Shown here in pieces: positions 27,651-36,945 of a stretch of 64,000 nucleotides of DNA. Under the pieces are notes generated by a model, which saw only the letters and a list, made by a program, of their open reading frames with translations, made no database searches and was not told the DNA's origin. Location of the stretch: assembly GCA_964576615.1 (NCBI GenBank), contig CAZNUU010000003.1:6523-70522 (forward strand), written 5' to 3'. Position numbers and translations under genes: made by a program. Positions within the stretch are counted from its first letter, which is position 1. Each line of letters starts with the position of its first letter. This DNA is from an uncultured Candidatus Saccharibacteria bacterium (GTDB taxonomy: Bacteria > Patescibacteriota > Minisyncoccia > Phycocordibacterales > DATDWN01).

Positions 27651-28844
27651 TTAGGCGATGATCTTGGTGACCACCCCTGCACCGACTGTCTTGCCCCCCT
27701 CCCTAATAGCAAATCTAGTCTTATCTTCTAGAGCAACTGGAGCCACAAGTTTAACTTTGAAAGTAACTGTATCTCCTGGCATAACCATTTCTACTCCTTC
27801 GTTAAGTGTTACATCTCCAGTTACGTCTGTTGTTCGAACGTAGAACTGTGGCTTGTAACCAGTGAAAAATGGTGTGTGTCTTCCACCTTCCTCTTTCTTA
27901 AGGATGTAAACTTCGGCCATAAATTCTGTATGAGGTGTCACTGATTTTGGCTTTGCAAGAACCTGACCTCGGGAAATGTCCTCTTTCTTAGCACCTCGGA
28001 GAAGAATTCCGGCATTGTCTCCGGCCTGACCTTGGTTAAGAGATTTGTTAAACATTTCAATACCAGTAACTGTGTATTTTTGAGTATCTCGTAGACCAAC
28101 ACACTCGATTTCCTCGCCAACATTTACGACTCCTCTTTCAATTCTTCCAGTAACTACAGTACCTCTTCCTTCAATTGAGAAGATGTCTTCAACTGGCATT
28201 AGAAACGGTTTATCTAACTCTCGAGTTGGAAGTGGGAATGCATCTAGAGCATTTGCAAGCTCAAGTATTTTCTTTGCCCACTCATCATTGTTGTCCTTCG
28301 ACTCTAGAGCCTTTAGACCTGAACCTCTTATAACTGCTGTGTTAGCACCATCGAAGCCTTGTTTTGTAAGGAGTTCTCGAACTTCTTCCTCAACCAAATC
28401 AATAAGCTCTTTGTCTGGTACCATGTCGCATTTGTTTAGAAACACGATCATTTGTGGCACACCAACTTGTTTTGCCAAAAGTACGTGTTCTCGTGTTTGT
28501 GGCATAACACCGTCAGTTGCAGCAACAACTAGAATAGCGCCGTCCATCTGGGCAGCACCAGTAATCATGTTCTTAATAAAGTCCGCGTGACCAGGCGCAT
28601 CTACGTGTGCATAGTGTCTACTTGGTGTGGAATACTCCGAGTGGTGAAGCGAGATGGTAATACCTCTTGCTTTTTCTTCCGGAGCTTTGTCGATTTGGTC
28701 AATACCTTCGACACGAGCTTCATAGCCACCGCCTTGTCGTCCTAGAACGTTTAGGATGGAAGCTGTTAATGTTGTCTTTCCATGGTCAACGTGACCGATG
28801 GTGCCCACATTCATGTGAGGCTTACTGCGATCAAACTCTGCCAT
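27651..28844 (-). CDS. tuf: elongation factor Tu
   Basis: [29 protein letters not shown]. Confidence 0.99.
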   Translation of the reverse strand: MAEFDRSKPHMNVGTIGHVDHGKTTLTASILNVLGRQGGGYEARVEGIDQIDKAPEEKARGITISLHHSEYSTPSRHYAHVDAPGHADFIKNMITGAAQMDGAILVVAATDGVMPQTREHVLLAKQVGVPQMIVFLNKCDMVPDKELIDLVEEEVRELLTKQGFDGANTAVIRGSGLKALESKDNNDEWAKKILELANALDAFPLPTRELDKPFLMPVEDIFSIEGRGTVVTGRIERGVVNVGEEIECVGLRDTQKYTVTGIEMFNKSLNQGQAGDNAGILLRGAKKEDISRGQVLAKPKSVTPHTEFMAEVYILKKEEGGRHTPFFTGYKPQFYVRTTDVTGDVTLNEGVEMVMPGDTVTFKVKLVAPVALEDKTRFAIREGGKTVGAGVVTKIIA

Positions 28845-28869
28845 ATAAATGTTGTGACTAAGTCACATA

Positions 28870-29057
28870 AGTTTAAAATTTGGCGAACTCCTTACAGGAG
28901 CTGTACACCTCTCGCATTTTGATTACAAAACGCTCAAGGTCTTGCGAAGCTACGCTTCTCACCTCGTTCCAAAATTAAACATGTTCGTCATCTTAGTGTT
29001 ACTAAGACTCCTTACCTGTTTAATTTCTCACGTCGGATTTCATCCAAATTTTAAACT
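28870..29057 (-). other. multi-branched foldback structure in long tuf leader
   Basis: outer stem AGTTTAAAATTTGG/CCAAATTTTAAACT enclosing several hairpins; promoter TTGACT-17-TAATAT at 29183-29211. Confidence 0.55.
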
Positions 29058-29260
29058 CAGTGTTAATCTAAAATTATTACTAATAATGCAAACGCCATTT
29101 TGGAAATTCCAAAAACTCAATGTTCGAGAAACCTGAATTCTTAAAACTTCCTAAAACAAAAATCGCAAAAGCGACGAATAATATATTAGACAATATGTAT
29201 TAAATAGTCAACAAGAATGAAAACAGCCCCTCGCCAAGTTGGCGAAGGGCTGAACAAAAA

Positions 29261-29752
29261 CTACGACTGCAGACGGGGCAGGGGCGCTGTCTCGACGAGT
29301 ACCTGGCGAAGATTCGCGAGATACTTTTCGAACTTGCCCGCAAGCATCATCTCCTGCATTGAGGAGCTGATGTACTTGCCCTCGCGAGCGAGCCCGGCGA
29401 TCGCGTCGAGTCGTTCACCGACATCCGCCATCGAGGCGCCCAGCTTGCGCGCCTGGATCAGCTGGGGCACGAAGTAATTGGAAAGTGATCCCTCGACCAT
29501 CTCGGGATGATCGGTCTTCACGAGCCAGATCTGCCCATCGAGGTTTGCGAGGACCGCCGCCGGACTGGAATCCCGGATCGCCCGGACTTCCTTCCCGAGC
29601 TGCGCGTTCTTTCGCTCGAGTCCCCGCATCTCCTCACCCGCCTTGGCGATCGACACCGATAGCCGGTACGTCACGTATCCGGCGCCCGACGCCACCGCAA
29701 GTGCGAGAGATGCCACCACCGCGAGAACCACGAAACTTCTTCTGCTCACCAT
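29261..29752 (-). CDS. cassette ORF, N-terminally anchored coiled-coil protein (very GC-rich)
   Basis: TTGACA-17-TTTAAT (29771-29799), AAGGAGGT SD, hairpin CAGCCC..TCGCCAA/TTGGCGA..GGGCTG. Confidence 0.8.
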   Translation of the reverse strand: MVSRRSFVVLAVVASLALAVASGAGYVTYRLSVSIAKAGEEMRGLERKNAQLGKEVRAIRDSSPAAVLANLDGQIWLVKTDHPEMVEGSLSNYFVPQLIQARKLGASMADVGERLDAIAGLAREGKYISSSMQEMMLAGKFEKYLANLRQVLVETAPLPRLQS

Positions 29753-29808
29753 CTCTGACCTCCTTCTTATATTAAAACAAAATTAATCGTATTTGTCAAA
29801 TAGAACAT

Positions 29809-30102
29809 CTAGATACTTTGGAGCATGAGATCCTCCTTTAAGGCCTGTCTTTCTTCTATCACCAGGGAATCAAAAGTTGGAATTCTTGCCTTTAAAAAAC
29901 TCAAAACTTCGTGAGGAGTAGTTTTGTCCTGACCAAGTAAATTATCCAACTCGTCCTGTTCCCTCTCAGATAAAATATCTAGAGATCTTGTAAGAAGAGC
30001 TTGGTATAAAATTTTACCGATTCTTTCCGCAACCTCTCTTTGTTTTATGGGAGGAAGACCTTCTAGGTTCCACTCCTTAATTATTTCTTTTAAAAGAATC
30101 AT
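29809..30102 (-). CDS. DUF5663-like small helical protein
   Basis: LSE.EQ.EL..LL, FLK.RIP.FD pattern shared with 39385-39684; ATGA overlap with upstream gene. Confidence 0.7.
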   Translation of the reverse strand: MILLKEIIKEWNLEGLPPIKQREVAERIGKILYQALLTRSLDILSEREQDELDNLLGQDKTTPHEVLSFLKARIPTFDSLVIEERQALKEDLMLQSI

Positions 30103-31352
30103 CTTAGATTTTTTATTAGTATCCAAGCTCTCTCAAAGACTTGCTGTTGTACTGTCTTCGCAAAAAGAAACCCTGCCTTGTATTTTTTATCCAATTTCAC
30201 ATCCGGACCTTTCTTGGTCATTGTTCCCCTTGCAATTTCTACACCGTCACAAGTAATTTTAATTACCACTGTCTCCCCATCCATTTCTTTAATAATTTCT
30301 CCCTTGTGGCCTTCAAACTCAATAGGAATTGTTTCACTTTGTGGTAAAGAAACGACACCTTCCTCATTACCTGCCTTAAACGACTCGGGTTGGTTAATTA
30401 TTGAGGTCGAAACTACTTCTGGTTCTGGAGCTGCCGGCACGGCCTCGTTTACTCTAAGACCACTAAAAGTGCTCGGGGATAGATTCTCAGGTGAGAACAA
30501 ATTAAAATCATGATTTAGTGCGACAGACAAATCGTCTGCACTCCCCTCATCTAGATTGCCCCAAGTCTTTTCAGCTTTAATAATAATTCTTTCAGATCTT
30601 GGTGAACTTCTGACCAGTTCCCGTCTTATCATTTCAATTTCACCCAGATCAAATTCTGGCCCAGGGCCCAGACTCTCTCTCTTATCTCTCCTAGTTCTGT
30701 AATATTCATCCCTAGCTGCTATTAATTCACTTGGCTCATCTTTTTGAGGCATGCTGCGAACACCACCTAGGGATTCCATCAATCTGCGAAAAACATCCTT
30801 GTTTTTTTTAGCATTCTCTAAGTAGGGACCTAGTAATTTAATGTAATTTTCTCTAGCTTTTATTAACTTTCTATCTAGATCGATGGAAGGCTCAGTTTCC
30901 GTGTTCCTGGCAACTACTCCGGGCCTAATCCCGAGAAGTGAGAGTACATCCCTCGTCTCAAGGGGCGTAATCAAAGTGGAGTTGGAGATTATTTTAACTA
31001 CCTCCTCCATAGAAGCCCTGTCTGTAATATCCCAAATTAAATTCTTTACATTTGCTCGGTCGACAGAAATCTTTTTCAAATAATCTAGAACAGGGCCTGG
31101 AGCGGAAAAAGTTGCATCTTTTTTTTCTTTCTGTTCTTTGGGTGGAAGCGGTGCTGGCTCGGAGAATTGTTTTTCAATTTTTTTATCTTGCTCCGTTTCA
31201 AGCGGAGGAAGTTCGGTTGGTTTTGCCATTGCCTCAAACCCAATTATTTTTATTGGGACTCTAGTCTCGTCTAAACCAACGGAGTCAACGACTTCGTCAA
31301 AGGCTGGAGGGTGAATACTTACTTCACTTTCGATTGGAGAAGGACTATTCAT
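30099..31352 (-). CDS. hypothetical protein (Pro/Glu-rich)
   Basis: 417 aa ORF with host-like composition. Confidence 0.75.
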   Translation of the reverse strand: MNSPSPIESEVSIHPPAFDEVVDSVGLDETRVPIKIIGFEAMAKPTELPPLETEQDKKIEKQFSEPAPLPPKEQKEKKDATFSAPGPVLDYLKKISVDRANVKNLIWDITDRASMEEVVKIISNSTLITPLETRDVLSLLGIRPGVVARNTETEPSIDLDRKLIKARENYIKLLGPYLENAKKNKDVFRRLMESLGGVRSMPQKDEPSELIAARDEYYRTRRDKRESLGPGPEFDLGEIEMIRRELVRSSPRSERIIIKAEKTWGNLDEGSADDLSVALNHDFNLFSPENLSPSTFSGLRVNEAVPAAPEPEVVSTSIINQPESFKAGNEEGVVSLPQSETIPIEFEGHKGEIIKEMDGETVVIKITCDGVEIARGTMTKKGPDVKLDKKYKAGFLFAKTVQQQVFERAWILIKNLR

Positions 31353-31399
31353 CCCCCAATTTTAACTTTTTTGTTTTCTCGGAGCAATTTAAAAAGCGG

Positions 31400-31588
31400 A
31401 AAAACTGTGTTTTTAAAAGCCTTTCGCAGGAGCTTAGAAAATAAACGCAAATTAGATAGCTGAAGGCATTGTTTGAGCGTAGCGAGTTTGCCGAGAAGCT
31501 AAGTCTCATTTGCGCATTATTTTCTTGAGCGACGAGAAGTTCGCTAGGCCAGCAGGCCTAGATAGATTGCTTTTAAAAATACGTTTTT
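31400..31588 (-). repeat. ~190 bp foldback element, copy A, downstream of fusA
   Basis: internal sequence highly similar to 43792-43977; own terminal inverted repeats. Confidence 0.85.
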
Positions 31589-31593
31589 GGAGC

Positions 31594-33735
31594 TTACTTT
31601 CTACTCTCTATTATGGATTTCTCCACGTTAGCTGGCACCACCTCATAGTGATCAAACTCCATCATGACCGATCCGCGACCTTGAGTAAGAGAGCGAATTT
31701 CAGTTGTATATCCAAACATTTCGGAGAGTGGAACTTTAGCATGAATTACTCTTAGCATCCCCCTCTCATCCATTCCTTCTATTTGACCGCGCTTGCCTGA
31801 CAGTGAACCAGTGATATCCCCCATGAACTGCTCTGGCATCACAGCTTCAACTTTCATAATTGGCTCGAGAATAACTGGCTTAGCCCTTTTAGCGGCGTCC
31901 TGGAAAGCTTGGGAGGCAGCGATCTTGTAGGCAATTTCAGATGAGTCCACATCGTGGTAAGAGCCGTAGGTTAAAACAGAGGAAATATTTACCATTGGAT
32001 AGCCTGCGACAATGCCTCGACCCATCGCTTCGTGTATACCTTTTTCTACTGCAGGGATAAATTCCTGAGGTATAACCCCCCCTTTAATTTCATCAATGAA
32101 TTCAAAATCCTCATGGCGATGAACATTTTTGGGAATTTTTGCACCTTCTTTGAGTGCTTCCATAGGTTTAATCGTAATTTTTACATGGCCATATTGACCC
32201 TTACCTCCAGTCTGTTTAATATATTTGTTTTCAGCTTCTGCTGTACCCAAAATTGTTTCCTTGTAAGCAACCTGGGGTTTGCCGACATTTACCTCCACTC
32301 CGAATTCTCTTTTCATTCGATCAACCATAATTTCTAGGTGAAGCTCTCCCATTCCAGAAATAATGGACTCGCCCGTATCAGTGTTTGAGGAAATAACAAA
32401 AGTTGGATCTTCATCTGAAAGTTTTTTGAGAGCCATACCCATTTTTTCCTGATCTGCTTTTGTTTTTGGTTCAACCCGAAGAGACACCACTGGTGCTACG
32501 AATTTAATTGGATCTAGGACAATTGGATTGTTTTCATCACAAAGAGTGTGAGATGTTTTTGCGTTTTTTAATCCAACCGCTGCAGCAATTTCACCCGCAA
32601 AAACTTTTTTAACTTCTTCTCGTTTGTCTGCCTGCAGTCTAACAATTCTTCCCAGTCTTTCCTTCTCGCCGGTAGTTGAGTTGTAAATATATGTGCCAGA
32701 TTCAATTGTGCCGGAGTAAACTCGAAAGAAAGTAAGCTGACCTACGAAAGGATCGTTTTGAAGTTTGAAGGCTAGAGCAGAAAATGGCTCTGTGTCAGAT
32801 GCTTTTCGATATATTTCATCCCCAGTTTTTGGATCAATGCCATGAACGGGAGGAATATCTAGAGGTGAAGGCAGGTAATCAACCACCCCATCAAGCACAA
32901 GTTGAACACCTTTATTTTTTAAAGCAGAACCCGTAAAGACAGGCACAATCTTTACGGCAAGGGTTGCTTTTCTTAGAGTTGCCTTTAATTCATCTAATGT
33001 AGGTTCCTTGCCTTCTAGATAAGCTGCCATCTGCGCATCATCTTGTTCAACTATCTTTTCGATCAATTCCCCACGATATTTTTTAGCTTCTTCCAGATAT
33101 TCTGCAGGAATTTCAGCTTCTTTTATCTGATTTCCCATGTTGCCTTCAAAGTAATAGGCCTTCATTTTGAGAAGGTCGATAACTCCTTCGTGTTTATCTT
33201 CTAGACCAATCGGAATCTGCATCCTGACAGCATTTTTTGTAAGTCTATCTAAAATTGATTGGTATGATCTCTCAAATGATGCGCCAGTTCGGTCGAGTTT
33301 GTTGATAAAGCAAATTCGAGGCACATTGCCATCATCCGCATAGCGCCAGTTGGTTTCTGACTGTGGTTCAACCCCAGCCACACCATCAAAAACCACCACC
33401 GCACCGTCGAGGACTCGAAGTGACCTCTTCACTTCCGCAGTAAAATCAATGTGACCTGGAGTATCAATAATATTGAATCTGTACTCTGGTTTAGCACCCT
33501 TCTCTTTATATGTCGGATTCCAAAAACAAGTAATCGCAGCCGCAGTAATAGTAATGCCTCGCTCTCTTTCTTGCTCCATCCAATCCGTAACAGTCTCACC
33601 CTCGTGCACTTCACCTATCTTGTGAGTCATGCCTGTATAGTAAAGTACTCGCTCGGATGTGGTTGTTTTACCCGCATCAATGTGAGCGATGATTCCGAAA
33701 TTTCTAACTTTTTCTAACGAGTAATCTCTGTTCAT
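31594..33735 (-). CDS. fusA: elongation factor G
   Basis: [28 protein letters not shown]. Confidence 0.99.
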   Translation of the reverse strand: MNRDYSLEKVRNFGIIAHIDAGKTTTSERVLYYTGMTHKIGEVHEGETVTDWMEQERERGITITAAAITCFWNPTYKEKGAKPEYRFNIIDTPGHIDFTAEVKRSLRVLDGAVVVFDGVAGVEPQSETNWRYADDGNVPRICFINKLDRTGASFERSYQSILDRLTKNAVRMQIPIGLEDKHEGVIDLLKMKAYYFEGNMGNQIKEAEIPAEYLEEAKKYRGELIEKIVEQDDAQMAAYLEGKEPTLDELKATLRKATLAVKIVPVFTGSALKNKGVQLVLDGVVDYLPSPLDIPPVHGIDPKTGDEIYRKASDTEPFSALAFKLQNDPFVGQLTFFRVYSGTIESGTYIYNSTTGEKERLGRIVRLQADKREEVKKVFAGEIAAAVGLKNAKTSHTLCDENNPIVLDPIKFVAPVVSLRVEPKTKADQEKMGMALKKLSDEDPTFVISSNTDTGESIISGMGELHLEIMVDRMKREFGVEVNVGKPQVAYKETILGTAEAENKYIKQTGGKGQYGHVKITIKPMEALKEGAKIPKNVHRHEDFEFIDEIKGGVIPQEFIPAVEKGIHEAMGRGIVAGYPMVNISSVLTYGSYHDVDSSEIAYKIAASQAFQDAAKRAKPVILEPIMKVEAVMPEQFMGDITGSLSGKRGQIEGMDERGMLRVIHAKVPLSEMFGYTTEIRSLTQGRGSVMMEFDHYEVVPANVEKSIIESRK

Positions 33736-33837
33736 TTTTTAAAACAAAAAGGCCTTGCGGCAGATAAAACTATATACTAAAAGCTTTTTTGTTGCAATTA
33801 GATGGTCGTAGTGATAGAAATTATCTAGGAGGTACTG

Positions 33838-34092
33838 ATGTTTCACCCAGATGAAGATGTCAACAGTGCAATTGTCCGTCTCATCGATGCCCTGACAAGC
33901 TGGGAACGCTCAACAGGCCGGGAATCATTTCTGGTTTTAGTTCCAGTTGAATCAGAGGAGAGGGTCGTCGTGGTTGACTCTGGCAGACTCATGGATCTGG
34001 AGTCTCTCACAGATGAACTGATCGCTGAACGTGTCTTGCAGGCTCTGGTCTGCCATGACAATCCAGAGGTTCATCGTTTTATCGATGGCTAG
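33838..34092 (+). CDS. cassette ORF, hypothetical 84 aa, divergent from fusA
   Basis: TTGCAA-17-TAGAAA, AGGAGGT SD, hairpin ~34091-34120. Confidence 0.75.
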   Translation: MFHPDEDVNSAIVRLIDALTSWERSTGRESFLVLVPVESEERVVVVDSGRLMDLESLTDELIAERVLQALVCHDNPEVHRFIDG

Positions 34093-34125
34093 GGCTCGAC
34101 CTAACAGAGGCCGGGCCTTTGTTAG

Positions 34126-36882
34126 TTATTTTTTATACTTCTCGAGTATTGTTGCTTCTATTTCCGCTCGATTGCCCCCATAAGTTTCGTAAGAAAGTTG
34201 TTTTAATTTCTCAGCTGTGGCAGCATCCCCTTTTGGTGGGAATGGTTCTCTTATATTAAAAGCTTTGCTAGGTATTCCATTAACTAACATTTTTACATAA
34301 GCATTTAGATTCTCGATGTTCATAATATCTTTGGCAGTAAATGTCGGAGAAAATTGTTTTTCCAAATATTCTGCATCCTCGGCACTCACCCGGAAAGAGA
34401 CAATAGAACCAACGTTACCAAAAACAGAATCTTTTATCTTTTCTTCCAATTGAGCGATGAATTGATGAGCAACGGTTAGAGAAAGTTTATATTTCCTAGC
34501 TTCGGATAATATAGAGGATATCGAGTCTGTAGTAATATTTTGAAATTCGTCCATATAAAGATAGAACGCCGGAAAATCTTTACCTACAAGATCGACCCGT
34601 GACAGAGAAGCCATTAGAATTTTACCAACTAGAATAAGACCGATTAGGTTTGCATTTATAGCCCCCAAACGACCCTTGGAAAGGTTAACCAAAAGGATTT
34701 TCCGACCATCCATTATTTCCCGGAAGTTAAAAGAGGATTTTTCCTGCGCAACTATTGGCCGCATAATGTCGTTAGCCAAGAACACATCAAATTTACTAGT
34801 TATGTAAGGGACGATATTGGCTAGTGCGGCATCACCTCCAGCTTTCTCTGCGACCTCCTTCCAAAACTGCACAACTACTGGATTTTTACATTTGGAAATC
34901 TTCAGGTCACGATAAGCTTTATTCGACATCACTCGCGAAACATCTAGGAGGGTATGCCCTGTTTCCGGATCTTCGATTACCAGCATGGTGGCATTTCTAA
35001 AATACTGTTCAAACATTGGACCCATCGATTCCGGTACCGCACCATAAAGTTTTTGGAAGATAGAAAATAGTTCATTTACAACGAAAGTTTTTTGCTCGGG
35101 ATATTTTGGATCATACTCCAGCATGTTTAAGGCCATAGGCCTTTCGGTGTAAGCAGGATCAAAGTAAATAACGTCTTTGTAACGGCTCTCCGGAATATTC
35201 GACAAAATATCAAAAATATCTGTACCATGAGGATCTATAAAACAACAACCATTCCCCCGGTTTATATCCTGGATTATCGAATTTTTTAAAAATACAGTTT
35301 TACCAGTTCCAGTTTGCCCTACCACATACATATGTCTTAAGCGATCTTGGTCCTGAATATATACTTTAGTTTCGGCATTGCGGTAATTATTTACACCCAA
35401 GTAAATACCACTCTCTGACATACCGCTAGGCGCCGGAGCAGAAGTGGCGAGTGATTGTTTAAGCTGAGGCGCCGCCTTGCCAATATGAGTTGCAGGGAAA
35501 TGTAGGCAAGTTGTCATTTCTTCTATGTTCAAAATCATTTGATTTTTTTCGTCAAATGTTCGTAAGGAAAAATTCTCCAAAAAATCTCGCAGGTTACCCT
35601 TCTCCATTTTTTGCCACTCTATTCTATTGCCATGGCCATTCTCAAACTGATTGAAGGCCGACTCAATGTCATTAAGGATCGTCTTAGCTTTTTCTTCAGT
35701 ACTAGAGGAAGCCGCAGCTCTAATGTTTACAGATATAAATGAGCTTTTGATCTTTCTTATAAACTGCTCGATCGCTTTTTGGTCATTGTTTTGGGCTCTT
35801 TTTTCTTTTGCCTCATTTTCCTTTTCTAGTTTCTCTGCACTTTTAAAAATACTTGTTAATTCCTTAAACACACTTGAACCCAAGGAGCGATCGATGTCAG
35901 AGACAGCATCAGAGACTTTTTCTCCCTTCTTTATATTTTCAATTGCATGCTCTGCAGACTTAAATAGATCATCCCTCCTGCCTCCAACTATGAGTTGAAT
36001 TGCTGCACCCTCCCCATCTTTATCTATCTTAGAGAAACTATTTAAAATAACTCCCAGCGGATCAATATTAAATTCTTCGTAAGGTTTTAGTGGATATAAA
36101 AATTGCTTAGAGAGTTTCGCACTTCCAGCGACAGAGACACCTTGTTCGTTAAAAATATTGTAGTCATCTTTGTGTTCCTTTATGAGTGAGCCAGGGAAAA
36201 CCGCTAGAATCTGTTTTTCAAACAATTCTTTTCTTTTAGTAGGAACCGAAACATAAAAAACAAACTGGTCACTGCCATTGGCACAAGCAATTTCCACCGA
36301 AAACCACATCGGATCGTTTTTATCCGAAGAAATAGAGAGCATACCAGAATAAAACTGTTCCATCCCGGAGATTAGCTCTTTTATGTGTTTATTTTTGTCT
36401 TCCTCCGATGCTTCTGGCAGACTTATTTCAAATAAAGTCATGTGCAGCGGCTTCCACAGAAAATCTTTTTCCTTCAAATCGGCTATAGGATAGCCGGATG
36501 CAATAAACTGGACCAGAAAACGGTGAAAATCATCAAATATATGTGGGTCATTCATTTTTTCAATGACACTTAAAACATTTTTTATGCCTTTTTCCTGCAT
36601 TAGGCTGAGAAGTTCGCCCATTTTTACATCGTGTGATTCGGGAGAAAGCTCTAGAGTAATCGCCCCAGCTTCCTTATCGTTCATGACATATTCTTTCTCC
36701 AAAACTTCTTCGTGAGGCAGGCCAGCATAACTTTTAACAACTTCCTTGGCGGCTTGATTAGTAGAAGTTTCTATCCCTCTTTCGCGTAAAATCGTTTCGT
36801 AGTTTATGACTGATTCACGGAGTTTGTTAATCTCTTGTTCCGGACTTGCGACTTTTGGCTGAAATTCCAGACTTGGGTTCAT
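34126..36882 (-). CDS. VirB4/TraG/HerA-like P-loop ATPase (T4SS-type)
   Basis: RHMYVVGQTGTGKT, IDPHG, LYMDEFQN, SEARKY.L.LT.AHQ. Confidence 0.88.
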   Translation of the reverse strand: MNPSLEFQPKVASPEQEINKLRESVINYETILRERGIETSTNQAAKEVVKSYAGLPHEEVLEKEYVMNDKEAGAITLELSPESHDVKMGELLSLMQEKGIKNVLSVIEKMNDPHIFDDFHRFLVQFIASGYPIADLKEKDFLWKPLHMTLFEISLPEASEEDKNKHIKELISGMEQFYSGMLSISSDKNDPMWFSVEIACANGSDQFVFYVSVPTKRKELFEKQILAVFPGSLIKEHKDDYNIFNEQGVSVAGSAKLSKQFLYPLKPYEEFNIDPLGVILNSFSKIDKDGEGAAIQLIVGGRRDDLFKSAEHAIENIKKGEKVSDAVSDIDRSLGSSVFKELTSIFKSAEKLEKENEAKEKRAQNNDQKAIEQFIRKIKSSFISVNIRAAASSSTEEKAKTILNDIESAFNQFENGHGNRIEWQKMEKGNLRDFLENFSLRTFDEKNQMILNIEEMTTCLHFPATHIGKAAPQLKQSLATSAPAPSGMSESGIYLGVNNYRNAETKVYIQDQDRLRHMYVVGQTGTGKTVFLKNSIIQDINRGNGCCFIDPHGTDIFDILSNIPESRYKDVIYFDPAYTERPMALNMLEYDPKYPEQKTFVVNELFSIFQKLYGAVPESMGPMFEQYFRNATMLVIEDPETGHTLLDVSRVMSNKAYRDLKISKCKNPVVVQFWKEVAEKAGGDAALANIVPYITSKFDVFLANDIMRPIVAQEKSSFNFREIMDGRKILLVNLSKGRLGAINANLIGLILVGKILMASLSRVDLVGKDFPAFYLYMDEFQNITTDSISSILSEARKYKLSLTVAHQFIAQLEEKIKDSVFGNVGSIVSFRVSAEDAEYLEKQFSPTFTAKDIMNIENLNAYVKMLVNGIPSKAFNIREPFPPKGDAATAEKLKQLSYETYGGNRAEIEATILEKYKK

Positions 36883-36945
36883 ACAGCAATTATATAACAA
36901 AAAAGCGCTGATGAAAGCGCTTTTTTGTTATATCTTTTTGTTTAG

